DNA of 39,794 nucleotides from Octopus bimaculoides (Eukaryota), in NCBI RefSeq assembly GCF_001194135.2, contig NC_068999.1:14429880-14469673 (forward strand), given 5' to 3'. Of the stretch, positions 37,590-39,794 are shown in pieces (the first letter of the stretch is position 1; every line of letters starts with the position of its first letter). A program made the translations under genes and the position numbers. Below the pieces are notes generated by a model. That model was not told the origin of the DNA. It searched no databases and saw nothing but the letters and a program-made list of their open reading frames with translations.

Positions 37590-38700
37590 ATTCAAAAATA
37601 TGCTCTAACCATCAAGTTTGGCCTTGTATAAATCCGATGATTTGATCCATGTGAAGATTTGCAGCTCGTCATATTTCAGTCTTATGTATAAGATTTCATT
37701 GTGTACGTATGCAAAATCTGTAACGGCCAATATGAAACAATTATATATACAAAGGTTTTAGCCACAAAGGACATTCATGCTGACATGGTTCCTACACTTG
37801 GAAATGAAGCTCCAGACTTATCAGCAATGCAAACATGGGTAGCTAAATGTAGGAGAAGGTGGTGGAGTCTCGAAGGTGACCCACTGTGTAGACCTGCCGC
37901 TACTGCCACCACCGAAGAAAATATTGACCATTTTAACCATATAGTGATAGAGGATAGGTGATTGGCGATAAATCAGATACTCAATGCCATGAGAATATAT
38001 TTTGAGGGATTAGAGAACATGGTGCACAATGAACGTGGCATGATGTTGAATCCCCATCTTTTGAGACCTGACCGCAAGCGAACATGATTGATCACAACAC
38101 GGACATATCTGATATTGTTTGGGAGAAATACAGCTAGTTTCGTTCAAAGTTTCGTAACGTGGGATGGATGTTGAGTTCATACAATGTAATCCAATTTCGT
38201 TCCATCTACCGGGAAGTCAATGGTCTAAGTTTTAAGGGATGCAAAAAGTATTTGATTCATTGACTATCTTCAATATGCCCACAACGTCAATGGAGAATCG
38301 TGTGTCAACTTGCTGAAGTATTTATGGAAGGTTATCAAAAACAAATGCCGAACAAAACTTTTTTTCTTCAGGAAAATGCTCTAGCACAGAATTCCCCCGG
38401 TGGTTTTAATGGTTGCTGCAAATGACTGTCGCTTTGAACTAGTTGATCACCGTCCTTATTCTCTAAATGAGTATTATCTAGTTCCTAACATGAATAAGCA
38501 CTTTGTTGGTAAGCAATGTCACAGTAATGACGACGTTATAAATGTTGATGACATTATTTTTTAGCAAAACGTTGAAGGTTTCTTCACTAGTGGGATCGAA
38601 GCAGTGCAACATCGACCACAAAGGGTACTATCACAAAAAAAAAAAAAATTAACATCATTTGGTCATATCACATGAGAGTATCTTGGCCAGACTATAAACT
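37590..38700 (+). mobile_element. Near-full-length decayed mariner (DD34D) transposon
   Basis: ORF 37701-37961 ATKDIHADMVPTLGNEAPDLSAMQTWVAK...SLEGDP...PAATATTEENIDH.....IEDR (HTH, GRP linker). The C-terminal part reads ELVDHRPYSLNEYYLVPNMNKHFVGKQCHSNDDV. Many stops and deletions. Confidence 0.92.
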
Positions 38701-39619
38701 CGACTTAAACGAATAATCTGAATTATACACAAATGTAAACCGCAATTGTCCAATCTGCTTCGTGATTTTCATTTGACAACTTTTAACGTAATCTCACTAA
38801 AAATATATAATGTTCATGAGAGATGATAAAAACAGCAAAGCAGATGAAACGTTGAAAATATTTTCATGCATTCATGTATAAAAATTCGAAAGAATGACGG
38901 TTTCATCTGGGGACCGTTTTATTCGAAGTTTTTCATTTCCGTTTCGACAATCAATTGTTATTCACTTTGTATGTCTTTCTGAGTATTGTTTACCACTACA
39001 TCATTCCTTGATCTCTTATAATAAAAATAAAGCAAAGTATCAATACAACAGGCGTTTCGGTATAAATAGAATTCTTACAACAATGAAAATTTTGATGTTC
39101 TTCTTATTTCACAATGCGTCAAATATACTGCACAGACGCATTTAAAATCCATATTATATTTCGCCGAGTTGATTATAAGTTTAGAATTCAAAAGACACAG
39201 TTGTCTGTGTGCTTCTATCGAATCTTTCGAAAACGAGATTTTCAGTAGCCTCTCTTGTGAGCATTGTTACTGCAAATCTTTATACATTCTTCGATACATA
39301 CACACATGGCCCAATTTGAGCATCAAGTGATTTGTAAATCAGCCAACTATGTAACGAGTAACTTTTTGTTAATCTCCTGCTTTTATTTTCTTTTTCATAA
39401 CATTGTTTTACGTAAGTGGAACGTATTAGAAACAGGACCAAAAATATATTTTATGAAAATAAACGTATAGTTGGCGCCTTTACATATATCTGTTAACATT
39501 AATTTATCACAGACCTTAGAATGTATATGATTATGCAAACACCCATAGACACATAAACGTATATGTGTATATGGATATTTGTAGTGGAATATTTATTTAT
39601 ACATGTATGTATTTTTGCA

Positions 39620-39735
39620 ATACCTACATACATGCATGCATACATACATACATATACATACACATACACATACACATACAGGCTTGCAGCCTCGCGCGCA
39701 CATTCGCACACACATTTGTATAAATGCCTACATAC

Positions 39736-39794
<59 letters not shown>
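39620..39794. repeat. (TACA)n/(CA)n/(TA)n microsatellite block
   Basis: Visible directly. Confidence 0.9.

Overview
AT-rich, microsatellite-dense eukaryotic non-coding DNA with nine assembly gaps. It is most likely an intronic or intergenic region of an octopod (Octopus-like) draft genome; this is inferred from the SINE families and repeat landscape, not from a database match. No intact host protein-coding gene can be supported, and almost all ORFs in the track are microsatellite or N-run artefacts. The window contains decayed mobile elements: an L1/Tx1 LINE endonuclease fragment, three Penelope-like element (PLE) remnants, six Tc1/mariner remnants, a Helitron 3' end, a Ty3/Gypsy RNase H remnant and several tRNA-derived SINEs. 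The most interesting signal is a unit made of a tRNA-like Pol III head, an (AAT)n spacer and a minimal type I hammerhead ribozyme (HHR). One copy (about 29685-29960) lies directly after a Penelope GIY-YIG ORF and keeps a plausible ribozyme fold. A second, ORF-free copy (1783-2087) ends exactly at the predicted self-cleavage site. Two more HHR-like motifs and three long inverted-repeat structures are also present.
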